Below, one piece after another: positions 35,116 through 48,330 of a DNA stretch of 64,000 nt; the first letter of the stretch is position 1; each line of letters opens with the position of its first letter. The notes under the pieces are model-generated. The model was not told the origin of the DNA, ran no database searches, and saw only the letters and a program-made list of their open reading frames with translations. The stretch spans positions 38,363,298-38,427,297 of the forward strand of contig NC_068989.1 in NCBI RefSeq assembly GCF_001194135.2. The letters are read 5' to 3'. This stretch comes from Octopus bimaculoides (lineage: Eukaryota). Position numbers and translations under genes: made by a program.

Positions 35116-38100
35116 TAAGCTTTTGATGAAGAGCATTGAATCTAGCATTGAGTCATAATTCAGCATCAGTGAAGCTCACTTAAACATACACTTCATATAG
35201 CTTCCTAGCAAACACCAGGGCTGTGGCAGAATTCCACATATATTGATGGGTTGCCATGTTCATAACTCTGGTGAGTAGTTCTATCAATGTCAATTCTTGC
35301 TTTACTAAAGTAATCTACAGTTTTACATAAATAGCATACAATGACAAAGACTAGTAAATCTAAATTGATTTAAGAAAATATCATGTATGTGAATGCACAT
35401 ACACAAACATGTGTGTGTGTGGTTGTCTGTGTGCATGTTAAAAATACTTCCAAGAAACATGGTTTATATATAAAAGCACTGCAGTAATATGTAAATCAAT
35501 GTAAAACCAGAATAACTTCCCCCATACATTCTATGCATGAAAATTATGTTTAACTTTTGTAACTGAATATAAAGTTATTATGACATTTATCTAACTGCCT
35601 ATATAATTACTATAAAATGAATGTAAATATCTTGCTTATATAGGCATAGTTATGAAATTTGATTCATAAGTATGTGGTTTCTGATTCCATTCTGTAGCAT
35701 CTTCAGGAAATGACTTCTACCATAAGTCACCCAATGTTTTGGGAGTAAATTTTAGTTGACAGAAAATATGTTGGAGAATGTTGGAGGGATTATTCCCATT
35801 CCTGGGTTGCAGTCTTAATCACCCAGTTTAACATGGGGGAATTTAGCAGAGTCATCTTGGGGGAATTTAGAAAAGTTGTCATGGAGGAATTTAGTAGTCA
35901 CCTCTGTTCCAAGCATGTGAGCTAGGTCTCTGATTTGTGGATAACTTTCTCCTTTCCTCCCACCAGTCTTGGAAGCCCTAAACATGCTCATAGAAACTTT
36001 CATTCTCTCACTGAACAAAATTCTTAGCAGCATTTTGCTTGTCTTTACATTCTGAGTTCAAATTTTCAGTTTCTATTATATGCATTGACTTTTAAAGGCA
36101 ATGCATATATTAAACATTTAATGGACAAGAGCAAAATAGTGAACAGTAGAGTGCTAACTATAAAACATCTGGTGTTGCAATAATTTTCCTTATAGTATGC
36201 ACGAAATATGTTAATTAAATACCTAATAATGTGACCAAAAACTTGGTTAATAACTATCTTTTGTGCAAGACATTGAGCTAATCTATTGCAGGTCCATATA
36301 TCTTTATCTCACATACATCGAAGAGAGCCTTTGCAGGGTCACTGTACCTTGTAGAATCAGCAGCCTTATTCCCTTACTTGTTGTCTTTGATAACCCCACA
36401 AAAATAAGGTTGTCAAAGTTAGTATGTCTTTAATCATATGCCTCCTCAGTGAGGGTTTACCTGTAGCTAAAAAAAGCAAGAGAGTAGTCTCTGAGGGATG
36501 ATTCAATGGCAGAGTGTAATGTAGAAAACAGGTTCGAAATACAAAGGTAATATGTTCTTTTTTCACTGTTACTGACTTATCGATATAAAATAGAAGTTGT
36601 TCTTCCAATTGAATCTGGATGTTTTCATTTGTAAGGTGGTAATACTAATATTTATCTTAGCTCAATCATTTATAGAGCTAAGTAGTGACATAAGGATTCT
36701 AAGCTTTCAGTTCCTTTCTTTTAGGTTTTGAAGCCTGAAAGGCATGCAGGACCATAAAATAGGAGCTGGATATTTAACCCATACATGTACATGATGGGCA
36801 TCAATTCATACCTGCATACCAATTGAACTTTTTGATGTGTGTCTGAGGACTAGGCTTTGTTAGAGTGAATCCTGCATAACAATAACCTTGTATTGTATTG
36901 TACATCAGATACATTTATTGAGTTTATGGAAAAAACTTACTGAAGGATCAGAAGTCAGCTGGTACCATAATGATGAAACATCAGCCTCAAAGAACATATT
37001 TGAATAATTAGTACAATTCATTCCAAGACCAAGCATCCTATTCTAACATCGAAATATTTGTGTAAAATTGTTAAACACATATCAAGATATTAATGACAAT
37101 ATACATGCCAAATTTTTCTCAGTCATTTCCAATAAATTTGAGTTTATTTGTATGGGAAAGACTAGTTATTTAATGATAAATTGTTTTCTAATCTCAAAAT
37201 TAAGTGACATTACTTTTTAACACAATGGAGTTAATACAATAATCTCCTGAGATATTATTTTGTCACTTAAAAACTCTGCTGTAATACCTCATCAAGCAAT
37301 CACTATTAGCTGCAAGAAGTAGTTTAACATTTAACTGATGATCAATGATCTTCCTATGTTAAACAGTGTGTTACTGAAGACACTTGGAATTTATCTTTCC
37401 TTATTTACCTATTATTTAACATATTTGAGAAGTTAGATACTTTCTTATCTGCCTGTCATGCAAGACTGATTGTCACACAAGTAATGCAATATTCTTCCTC
37501 ATCTCTGCTATCTTACATTGTCTTAGAGACCCTGAATTTTCTATCCAACAACAGATTACATTTGCTTATCTGAAGCAATTTTAAAATAAAATGAAATTGG
37601 CTCATAGTGAATTTAAAATTATAATGGCAAATGTAGACTTAATTTCTTGAAAGCTGCTTCTCTAATTAGTTATTTTACCATTCAAAATCAGTAGGAGACC
37701 TTTTGTGGTGCTATTTGTGTGAAACTTAGTATAAATGTTTTTTCCAGTTAGTTGAGGCAAAAACAGCATTTGTAACCCTTTATCTTTGGGCTGCCTCTGA
37801 GACTGGTGGTAAAGAAAAGGTGTGACTTTATCCTCAAATCTGAGATTAGGTTTGAATGCTTGCAATGCAGTGTATTCCAGCACTGCAGGCACCAAAAATC
37901 AGACGGTCATATAAGACTGGATAATAATTCAAGTTTGCACCCCAAAATTCCACTAGCAAGAGAATTTAATGACATAGAAACTATAAATATGAATAGTGCT
38001 ATATAAAAGTTTGCTGCATAAAATAAAATAGTGTTGTGTTCCATTAAGATACTTACATCAGTCTCCATAACATGAATTTATCTGATCAGGTGGGTCAACA

Positions 38101-40849
38101 AGAGATTTAAGTTGAGACTGTCCCAATGGTGTTGTATTTGGATTCATTTGTTCTGTTTTTTTTTGTTTATAAATAAAAGGTAATTGTTCTGTTAATAAGT
38201 GCTTGTGGTTATAATAGTATGAATATACAATTCCTCTATGACGAGAATTCAACTTTGAATATAATGGGACATAAGTAAATACTACAAGACATTTTGTCTG
38301 AACTCTACAGATTCTGCCAGCCATACCCTTCTTACCATTTTTAACATTGTTTTTCATTGTAGTCATCATCATCATTATCCTTAAATCATCATTAGTATCA
38401 TCATTTATGCATGTTTTTTTCCTGATTTCCTGAGTTGAACAAGTATTCTCCAAAGCAGTCTCTTCTTTACCTTCTTTACTCTGAATATGTTTACTCTGAA
38501 TATAATCAATCTATACTAGTTGTTACTTAGATGTTATTTACAATGTCTTTAATAATATATCATTCTACATATTGCATTTATCCATAATATCTACCATATG
38601 TGATAGATATCTACCAAGGGTGGTGGATTCACTGCATCACCAGGTTTGCCACCATCTTCTGGGCCTTGGGCATCTTTATCAGAGGTCGCTTCATTGCAAG
38701 TACATAAATTAGGTTTCTACTTTGACGATTCACACCTTCCTTCCTTCTACAGGTCTTGGAGGTCTTATAACAAGTCATGGGAATTGACCGTCTATCCTAA
38801 TTAAGCAATAAAATAAGTAACCTGAAAGCTTACCACATTTATTACATTATCTACAGCATATTGTGCTTATTATAACACTGGAAAATAACATGCCTTCCAG
38901 TAATTTTGCTCCTAATTCATGTAATGTTTATATTATATAAATTACATACGTATATAATCTGTCATTGTGTATAAATGGGATGACATCATCTGATATATTC
39001 TTTCCTCTTCCTTTTACAGAAAGAAAGACTAATATTTATAAAATAGTGAGAGAAAAACGGAAAAAATTAGTGAAATAACTTTGAACATTTATAAGAAAGG
39101 TGGAAATAAATTTATAACTTCTGTACTTCTATAATATTTGTTACCAGATATTATAAAGTGGGACATGTGAAAATACATTGCCTTGCTAGATAAACAATAT
39201 TTTCTTTATTTCTTTAAAATCATAATTGCTGTTAGAATATTGTTATGGCAGTAAATGCTAGACTGGCAGGTGGCAGTTACAAAGAAGTGAATTTAAGTTT
39301 ATAGATGGACACAAGATATAGGGGGAAATGGTGTCTGCAGCAAATGAAAGCTGTAAGCTATGAGTTTTGATCAAAGTTGTTATTCAAAATGAACAATAAA
39401 TGCAACTTTTTTATTAAAATATATCAAATGGAATTTTAAGATTTTACTCTAATCTTAAAAGGATCCAAAAAAGTTGTTTAACTTTTCTATTACATCGATA
39501 GATATCTGCATTAGCATCATTATATAGGATTTATCATATATTTATCAAAGCAATTACAATATCAAGGTAGTTATGCATAATGTTTACATAACAATTGCTA
39601 CTTATCATCTTTATCATAGTAGTTGATATTTTTCTTTTATCAAAAGTAACTCCATATCATATTTCCTCATAGAAGCTACCGTATTATATTCAACTGTAAC
39701 ACTTATTATATAGCACTCTCTTCTAAAGTCATTCTATCTTGAAAACTTACTAATTTCAATATTGTTGTTGTTGTTATTAAACATCAACAAAATGTATGAG
39801 AAGCCGTATTCATTCTATTCATTTTTGTTGTTGTTGCTGTTGTCTCTGTAGATTTCAAGTTATATTACAATTCAATGGCTTTCACTGCTAAACTGTCTCC
39901 TGCTTATTGGCTATTATTATGTCATGGTTCTAGAACATTCAGAAGCCAATTTTAGACCGTGTGTCTCCAACCATTCATGCAAAGCAGTTTAGGATGGCTG
40001 CCAAAACTGAAATTCCTTTAAAATTCATTATTGTGTTTCTGAAACTTATAAATACAACTTCCAATCCAGTTCCATGCTCCCCCGCCTCTTCCTTTTCTTT
40101 CCTAACCACTTCTCTTTCCGCTGTAGTTTCCTTTTCAGAGGAAATTTGCTATTAAAGAGATTCCATCCTTTGCCTATTTCACAATTAGCTCATGTCAAGA
40201 CTCCATTGATAGAATCTCAAGATCGAGAAGCAAGCCATTGCCATTCAGAGCTGCCAAAAAGCTTGTATCTTGCTACTAACTTTTCTACTGTAAAATCTGA
40301 CAGTTTCTTTTGTCAATCTACCTTTGTAAACACTTGACAACTCATTTTCTATCTGGCAAGAAATAGAGGCATCACAATTTCTAGGCATCTATTAGTTTGT
40401 TATGGTAGTTAACTCATTAAACCAACACTGTTGAGAGTAATGACCATTGCCACAGTTATGACAAACAAAATACATAAAGCTACATGATATAGCTGCATGG
40501 TAAGAGTTAGAGTTTTGTTTAGCAAATATGTATTACTGGGGTTCAATTCCAGTGGGAAGTATCCCTGGTAATGAGTATCTTTTGATGTTGCCTCAGCTTG
40601 ATTGGAGCTTTGTGAGTGGAATTTGAAGGAAACTATGCAAAAACCTGTTAGATTTATGTATAAATTATTATCATTAAAATTTTTTACTTCTGAGAGTACT
40701 TGGTTGATTCTGTGAGAGAAGACAGCAGCCTGTTGTCAGAGGTCTTACAGGGTCTCTTTCAACACATTATAAGCTTTGGTTGTTAATTATCATGGAAGAT
40801 ATTCAACACTCAAGTACCAATCTCAAAATCTGAGCTCAATTATTATTGC

Positions 40850-41055
40850 TGTAGGTGCAGGGATGGCTGTGTGGTAAGAAACTTGTTCCTGGCCACATGG
40901 CTCTGAGTTCATTCCCACTGCGTGGAACCTTGGGCAAGTGTCTTCTACTATAGCCACAGGCCAACCAAAGCCTTGTGAGTGGGTTTGGAAGACGGAAACT
41001 GAAAGAAGCCTGTCATAAATGTATGTATGTCTGTGTGTGTGTGTGTGTGTGTGTG

Positions 41056-41095
<40 letters not shown>

Positions 41096-41310
41096 TTTGT
41101 ATCTGTGTTGATCTTCCACTGCCACCTGACAACCAGTGTTGGTGTGTTTATGCATCTGTAACTTAGCGGTTTGGTAAAAGACACAGAGAGAATAAATACC
41201 AGGCTTAAAACAAAAGTATTGGGGTTGTTTTGTTCAATTAAAAGTTTTTGAAGGCAGTGCCCCAGCATGGCTGTAGTCTAATGACTGAAACAAGTAAAAG
41301 ATAAAAGATT
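40850..41310 (+). mobile_element. tRNA/CORE-type SINE, full length
   Basis: Head GGTGCAGGGATGGCTGTGTGGTAAG, CORE-like CCTTGGGCAAGTGTCTT, (TG)n, tail CTGAAACAAGTAAAAGATAAAAG. Confidence 0.9.
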
Positions 41311-41704
41311 ATTATTATTGTATATCTATAACACACACAAACAGTGCTTTATTGATATCTGCCAGGATATTTTAATCTTTTTTCTTTTAATTTTATATAT
41401 ATATATATGAGATTGTGTATTAGAAATAGAATTTTAGACAGTATCTTACATTTGTACTTGGCTTCTCTTATATCTAGGTCAAATTTTGCTTCCATTCTTC
41501 TCCATATAAGTCCCAGACATTGTAAGTGGGAATGAAAAGCCTTGAATATTAAGTGTTCCAGCATGGCCATGGTAATGTCACTGATACCAGTTAGAATAAA
41601 AGAAAAGTATGCTGTTAGTTTGTTAGAATGTTTAGTGTTATGAATGGCATGGAAATCCAATAAACGGTAAACAAAGATAAAGATAGTGTGTCCTCTGGTG
41701 TTGG

Positions 41705-41857
41705 GTGGCCAGACATGGCTGTGTGGTTGAAAAGCTTGCTTCTGAAACTAGGTGATTTTGAGTTTAGTCCCACGGCATGGTAACTTGGGCAAGATGGTAG
41801 CCTTGAACCAACCAAAATGTGAGTGAATTTTGTCGATGGAAACTGATAGAAGCCCCT

Positions 41858-41905
<48 letters not shown>

Positions 41906-41960
41906 TGTGTGTGTGTGTGTATGTGTGTGTGTATGTGTGTGTGTGTGCATATATATATAT
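41705..41960 (+). mobile_element. SINE head plus (TG)n
   Basis: ATGGCTGTGTGGTTGAAAAGCTTGCTT...CTTGGGCAAG...GGAAACTGATAGAAGCCC. Confidence 0.8.
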
Positions 41961-42206
41961 GAAAAGAGAGAGAGAGAGAGGTATACTGTCATATTTAGTA
42001 CGTTCATTTACTGCAAAAATTGTCTCAGGAGAAAAGATTTCCCTTATATATGGGAAAACACTCCATTGGGCTTTGAATGATGTCATCAGACTGAAGGATG
42101 CAAGCAATTCTGTGTCAGTGGTATCAGTTATGGATATAAAGTTGTCATTATTTATCAAGCTGGAATTAATTATATAGAGGTGTACTAAGTACTATTGAAA
42201 GAAATA

Positions 42207-43454
42207 TACACTGAAAAATATGGAGTGCATGAGGTGGTTCACAAAAGCCATTGACACCTGTGCCCACACCCTGAGGAAAGCTGCCTCCAGTTCCACACAA
42301 GCTGTTGGCCTTGGGACCACCTAGTTCAGCCATCCCTGGATTTCATCCCATAGCTGTTCAGTTGGATTCAGATCTGGGCTGAGAGCTGGCCACAGCATGG
42401 TTCTGATGTTGTTCTGATGCAGGAAGTCTACAGTGACTCTGACCATGTGGGGGTGGGGAGCATTGTCCTGCTGGAATACGTGGCTATGATGACACGTGAA
42501 GAAGGGCACGATATGAGGTCTTAGGATCTGGTCAATGTAGTGCCGTGATGCCATTCCCTCTGCCTGCACCAACATTTTGGAACATATGGGGCCCATTTCT
42601 CTAATTCAGGCCTATAACACCCCAAACCATGATGCATTGGCCACCCCATGCATCTGTCTCCATGACACGTGTCTCAGTAGTGTTCATCCCTCCTATGCCA
42701 TACCCTCATTCTGCCATCTTAGGGGGAAATGCAGTACCGGCTCTCGTCAGAGAAGACTATTGACCTCCCTTGTTGATGCTGCCAATGTTGGTACTGTGTA
42801 GTCCATTGTAGTCTTACCTGATGTTGGTGGGTGGTGAGGACAAGCCCTTGAGCAGGACGATGGCAACGCAGGTTGTTGGCAGCCAGTAGACGTCATACTG
42901 TGTCATTGCTGATGGGTCGCTGTCATGCTGGCTGGTCTGAAATGATCACGGTGGTGTTGCAGGTGGATAAAGTGATCCTGCCGGTGCATGGTCGCCCAGG
43001 TGCGCCCTCTGCAAGCACAGTCTGCAGTGCTGTTGGTATTGTATTGCTGTTGGACAGTGTAAGCTTTTGCAACAACCAGGGCATGCTGCCTTGCTTACAA
43101 TTGGCTGATAGCTTGTTCTCTCTGTGCCACTGACAATCCGGTCATACCTGATGTGTCCAAATTACGAAAGCCAGGAATGCGGTTCAAGTAGATTTTTATA
43201 CCCATAGCCTACACGAGATGCACATGCTTTTTGGTTTTCATGACAATTGTTTGCAACTGTCACCCACAGCATTCAACGCAGCTGTGCTTTGATGTCTCAT
43301 TTCAGAGAAAGTTGAATGGTTGCCTACAATTTGGGTCTCAGCCATATACCAGCATGTCTTGGAATATTTACTTACATACCCGAAATAAATTTTCAGAATT
43401 TACCATATAAAAAAGGCATTTGAAAAAATCGCATTTCTTTTGCGGTTCAGTGTA
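42207..43454 (-). mobile_element. Tc1-family DNA transposon, near full length, internally deleted at the 3' end
   Basis: Ends TA-CACTGAA (42207-15) and TTCAGTG-TA (43446-54); encodes a degraded transposase (next feature). Confidence 0.85.
42216..43145 (-). pseudogene. Tc1 transposase pseudogene
   Basis: MTGLSVAQREQAISQL* (HTH start, ATG at 43145), IVFSDESRYC, MVWG, FQQDNAP, WPALSPDLNPTEQLWD; several stops and frameshifts. Confidence 0.9.
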
Positions 43455-43629
43455 GATGTGTACAATTATATTTAACAAGTTTGTGTACCCTTAGATATGG
43501 AAATCATAGGCGATTTGTGAGAAAACAAACAACTGGGCTATGAATGATATCATCAAACCATACAGTGCACGCATTTCTTAATTGTTGCACCTCGTCAGCT
43601 ATGGTTACCAAGCTGTCCATCATATTCAC

Positions 43630-43850
43630 TAAGAACAGATTGTTCTTATCTATGTGTATACCCTTGTACTGACATCATACAAGGGTTGTAAACAAGCCTC
43701 ACTGTCATACAAGTGACAGTGTTTGTTTCCAGTTTTCTGTGAAGAACATGTTGGGCCATGGGGAAATATTAACTTGCTTGGAAGCAAGTGAGCATTGGCA
43801 ACAGGAAGGGCATCTAGCCATAGGAAATCTACTTCATTAAATTCTATCTG
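43630..43850 (+). mobile_element. SINE body (RTE-tail family)
   Basis: GGCCATGGGGAAATATTAACTTGCTTGGAA...CAGGAAGGGCATCTAGCC matches 33605-33680. Confidence 0.7.
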
Positions 43851-44372
43851 AAGGGAACATTAAAACAATGATAGCTTTTAAGCTTGTCTGACACCATGGT
43901 GAAGAAAGAAAACTTATATGGATGTAAATTCTATCTTGACTTAAATGAGAAGGAGGTAAATTATTCTGATAACTTTTCTTTTGCATTGAGATGGATTTAT
44001 TATCTGTCATTTTGAAAACTATGATACTAAAGGATGACAAAATCTCCTTGCACAATTTGTGGGGACATCAATATCAACTCATTAGTTTCATATTAAGATA
44101 ATTATTATTGAAATACCTGAAAACTTTTGATTAATGTTTCTGTGTGACAGATTCATACATATTTCGTTAATTCATTTTCTATTTTAAAGGTATAACAAAT
44201 AAATACTACCATGACTTTTGTCCTTTTTTAGTTTTAGATAATTTCTTTCAATATATCATAAAGGATTTGTTATACTGTTTCCCCTCAAAGTTGACTTCAG
44301 CAGAATACGAATTCAGAATGTTATGATGGGCAAAATAGTGCTAACTATTTCACTGCCAGCTTACCACCTTCC

Positions 44373-44375
<3 letters not shown>

Positions 44376-44403
<28 letters not shown>

Positions 44404-44708
44404 TAATTTTCTAATACTGGCACATGATCCAATTGAGTCTGTAAGTTATAGTTAGTACTTCTTTTATTGATGCCAGAAGAATAAAAGTTCTTAACTGAAT
44501 TGAAACTCAGGACATAAAAGGACATATCCAAATACCACCAGCTATTTTATCTGCCACTTTACCAAGCCTACTACACCATTGGCTTTCAGATAGATGGAAT
44601 TTTATTTACAATCATTTTAGTTTACACAATTTTCAAATTTACAAAGGGTGATGCAAATGTAATATTTAAGCTATAACAGCAACTATGGTGTTGGTGATGA
44701 TGATGATG

Positions 44709-44750
<42 letters not shown>
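44376..44750. repeat. Two (AAT)n tracts (about 44376-44405 and 44710-44748)
   Basis: Direct inspection. Confidence 0.9.
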
Positions 44751-45575
44751 TCTCTTGCCAAATTTGTATCATGGTTTATTGTTTGAAGCAGAATTGAATA
44801 AATTACTATTAAGGTTTCTTTGCCTCTCATTGAATCATAACACTACTGTAAACATATTTCTTTCATCTCCTTTCATTTTTACAGATACGCAAGTATAAGA
44901 GATATCAAAAAATACTTGCAGACATCTTCTGTTCATGATTTCTTCTCTTTGATTTTTGTCTTATGCATTAGTAAAGAACCTAACAAGAAAAGAAAACAAA
45001 AACAAACAAACCAGAAATAGCAACAAGAAATGCATTATACTGTCTTTATTTTCCCTATTGCATATGCATTTTACATTAAGCTTCTGTTGTATAAGTAATT
45101 TTAGATGGGTGACATAAAATATTTTAATACATGCACATGCATATCTATACAAACTCATTCAAATACACTGAGTTATCTAAGTGGGAATTTTTTAATTGTA
45201 AACATTTATTCACGTACACTAGCTTACATAATACATACTTACATGCATACATAATACTTACATACACTGATGCATGAATTTAATTAAGTGTTATGTATTT
45301 TTCTATAAACTATATCTTTATCTTATCCATATTTATATTACCCCTACCTATCTATTTTCCTACTCTCCCTCATTCCATTTTGTGTAGTTTTAAAATAAAG
45401 AATAAAATGCATCCACATACTTCATTACAAAGTGTATACCCTGATATCTAAACCATGAGTTGCCACCATGCATGATGATAAATTTGTATTTATGTCACAG
45501 GAATAACATGGAAATCAAACCCCTCATTCCACAATTACTAAATCTTATTAACTACAACGCAGCACCCCAACCCCA

Positions 45576-45619
<44 letters not shown>

Positions 45620-46338
45620 CCAACAGCAAGATATTACTTAGACCTTAAAAAATACACATAACATAAAAAAAATAAAACAACAGGAAAAGTTACAGTATAT
45701 GTGGATCTGAAATGGCAAATATACCTTCTTTTTTAATTACTGAAGGAGATTGACAAATAGCTCATCGAAATGTATTGATTCCATGCACAATTAGAAATAC
45801 AGAATGATTGCTATTGCAGGTTACTGGTTGCAGAAAAGAAAGCACATGCATACATATGCATGCATGTGTGTGTGTGTGTGTGCACACGTGTGTGTGAGTG
45901 TGTATATGTATGCCTGTATAAATGTGTCTGTATGTACATTTCTGTGCATGCATGCATGTATGTATTTATGTATGTGTGTGTGTGTGTGTGTGCATGTATG
46001 TGTATCATCTTCAAAATGTCAGCATGATGCCGTGGTTAAAAAGATATTCAGTGCTATAGGCTGGAAGTAATAAATCAAATGGAAACAAAAAATAAAAAAT
46101 AATCATCAGTAATGCAGATACTGTCTTTTTCTACCATCTGTGTGTGTATATACACACACACACACACACACACATGCATACATATCTATGTGCACATGAG
46201 TGTGTGTGTGTGTTTGCATTTGAATTTACAAACGAAAAAATTATGCTCAATACATGTAGTAGTCTATTCATTTATTCAAATCTTTAACTTCCTTCCGTTA
46301 CTATTTTCAGTTATGTGCCTTTGAGTTTTATAGTGATT

Positions 46339-46390
<52 letters not shown>

Positions 46391-47084
46391 GTGTGTATGT
46401 GTTTGTGCATGTGTGTGTGTGTGTGTGTGTGTAAGTGTGTATATAGCTGCACAGATATAAGTGAAGAAATGTTTCAATAAAAACTCATACAAAAGCATGG
46501 ACACACACATGTTTACAGTGCACTTAGTTTTGTGCTTCATTGCTCCTTATTAACTGTATCACTGTCAATAATATCCTTCTATTGCCACATCCAACATCAT
46601 TGCTTATTTCCTATGTGAAATGACATCTTACATTGACAGTGATGATACAAGTACATTAATATGTATGAAAGATGTAAATTGCCACAGGTATGACTGTGTG
46701 TTTAAGATGTTTGTTTCACTATCTTGTGATTGAACACGTCTTTCTGAGTAGATATGTAGATGGAAATGGACAGAAACTGATATATATATATATATATATA
46801 TAAATTTATAAATGACAATGAAGAGGAGTTATGTAATCACTTTCATTAGCTAATTGCTGTTTCTGCTATAAGGATCATTGTACTCAGACCTGAGTGCTCA
46901 TGCAACAAATTATAGCTTCCTCATAGCCATTAAAATGAAGTGTATAGTTATCATGGAAAGCATTTAAATACTCAGACTTCATTATATGCAACACTCACAC
47001 ACACACACAAACATGGCTGTTTGGTAAGAAGCTTGCTACCCATGGTAACCATTAACATATTTACATTATCAAAGATTTTTCAAC

Positions 47085-47410
47085 TGATATAATATTAATA
47101 TATACACAAATTAATATATGTATATGTATGTGTGTATGAATATATACATGTATGTATATATATGTATATATGTATGTGTGTATGAATATATACATGTATG
47201 TATATATATGTATATATATATATGTATGTGTATATGTATATATATGCATATATATGTATGTGTATATATATGTATGTGTATATATATGTATATATATGTG
47301 TGTATATGCATTTATACATGTATATATATAGATATGTTTGTGTATGTATATATATATATATATGTCTATATATATGTATATATGTATAATGTATATATCT
47401 GTGTGTATTT
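47085..47410. repeat. Compound (TA)/(TG)/(TATG) microsatellite
   Basis: Direct inspection; source of Y/I/M-rich spurious ORFs. Confidence 0.95.
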
Positions 47411-47670
47411 GTCTGTCTCCACCAACCCTTGTCTACTGGTGTTAGTGTGTTTATGTTCTTATAACTTGGTCATTCAACCAAGGAGACTGATAAGATAAAA
47501 AAAATAGACTTCAAAAATAAGTCCTAGGGTCAATCTGTTTGACTAACCACCTTTAAAGCCGTGCCCCAGCATGGCCACAGTCAAATGAAAAGTTAAAAGA
47601 TAAAAGATATATAGAACTGGTGTTGCTCCAGCATGGTCACTGCCTAAAGACTGAAATGTATAAAAATGTA
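47400..47670 (+). mobile_element. SINE tail plus a duplicated tail end
   Basis: GTGTGTTTATGTTC...GTGCCCCAGCATGGCCACAGTCAAATG; second copy GTTGCTCCAGCATGGTCAC at about 47620. Confidence 0.75.
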
Positions 47671-47924
47671 TACAAGTTAAAATGAAATTATAGTTTTAGT
47701 GATGAGGAAAAATATTCTTGTTAAAGGTTGTTTCATATCAATGAAAGGAAGGAGCTAAATTAATGAAATTTAATTATAAATAGTATGTGATGGAGAGTGA
47801 ATTTGGTCATTGGTAATTTGGTCATACCTTCAGACTGATGTAGTTTATGTTCTTGAATTAGGCCGTACTCTAATGGCTGAAACAAATGAAAGAAAATAAG
47901 AGAAAACTCCAAGTTGATGGAAGC

Positions 47925-48330
47925 TGATATTCTTCATCATCATTGTTTTAATCTTCACTTTTCCATGCTTGCATGTGTTGGATGGAGTTTCTCTGGATGC
48001 CTTTTCTGTCATCAACCATCTTTTGTTTCCAAGCATGTTTTCATGGAAGATTGAAAACAAAGGACAATGCTTGTATAATGGTGATACTCATTTACAGCTG
48101 CCACATAATGTTGAGACAAGGAGACTGTAACACACATGCACACACACATATATACCTACATGCATACAAAGCACTTCTTTCAGTTTCTGTCTACCAAATC
48201 CTTTGACAAGGCTTTGTTCAATCTGAGGCCTTAGTAGAAGCCTCTTGCCCAAGATACATTGCTGTAGGATTGAATCTGAAACCATATAGTTAGGAAGCAA
48301 ACTTCTCAACCACACAACTATGCTTGCCCC
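47925..48330 (-). mobile_element. Full SINE with RTE-type tail
   Basis: (CAT)n tail at 47930, CCATGCTTGCATG, head to 48330. Confidence 0.8.

Noticed and set aside
37662-37895. ORF MVPAVLEYTALQAFKPNL... as a host exon
   Set aside because: More like a decayed CR1/L2 C-terminal motif (RPxLEYxxxxWxP); too weak to annotate either way.
40851-40925. tRNA-like sequences (also 15210-15281, 53448-53520, 57335-57400)
   Set aside because: SINE heads with A/B-box remnants; no cloverleaf or acceptor stem, and they continue into SINE body sequence.
44885-45020. Strong splice acceptor followed by short open frames
   Set aside because: No convincing donor and no recognisable peptide; polypyrimidine-AG motifs are common in this AT-rich background.
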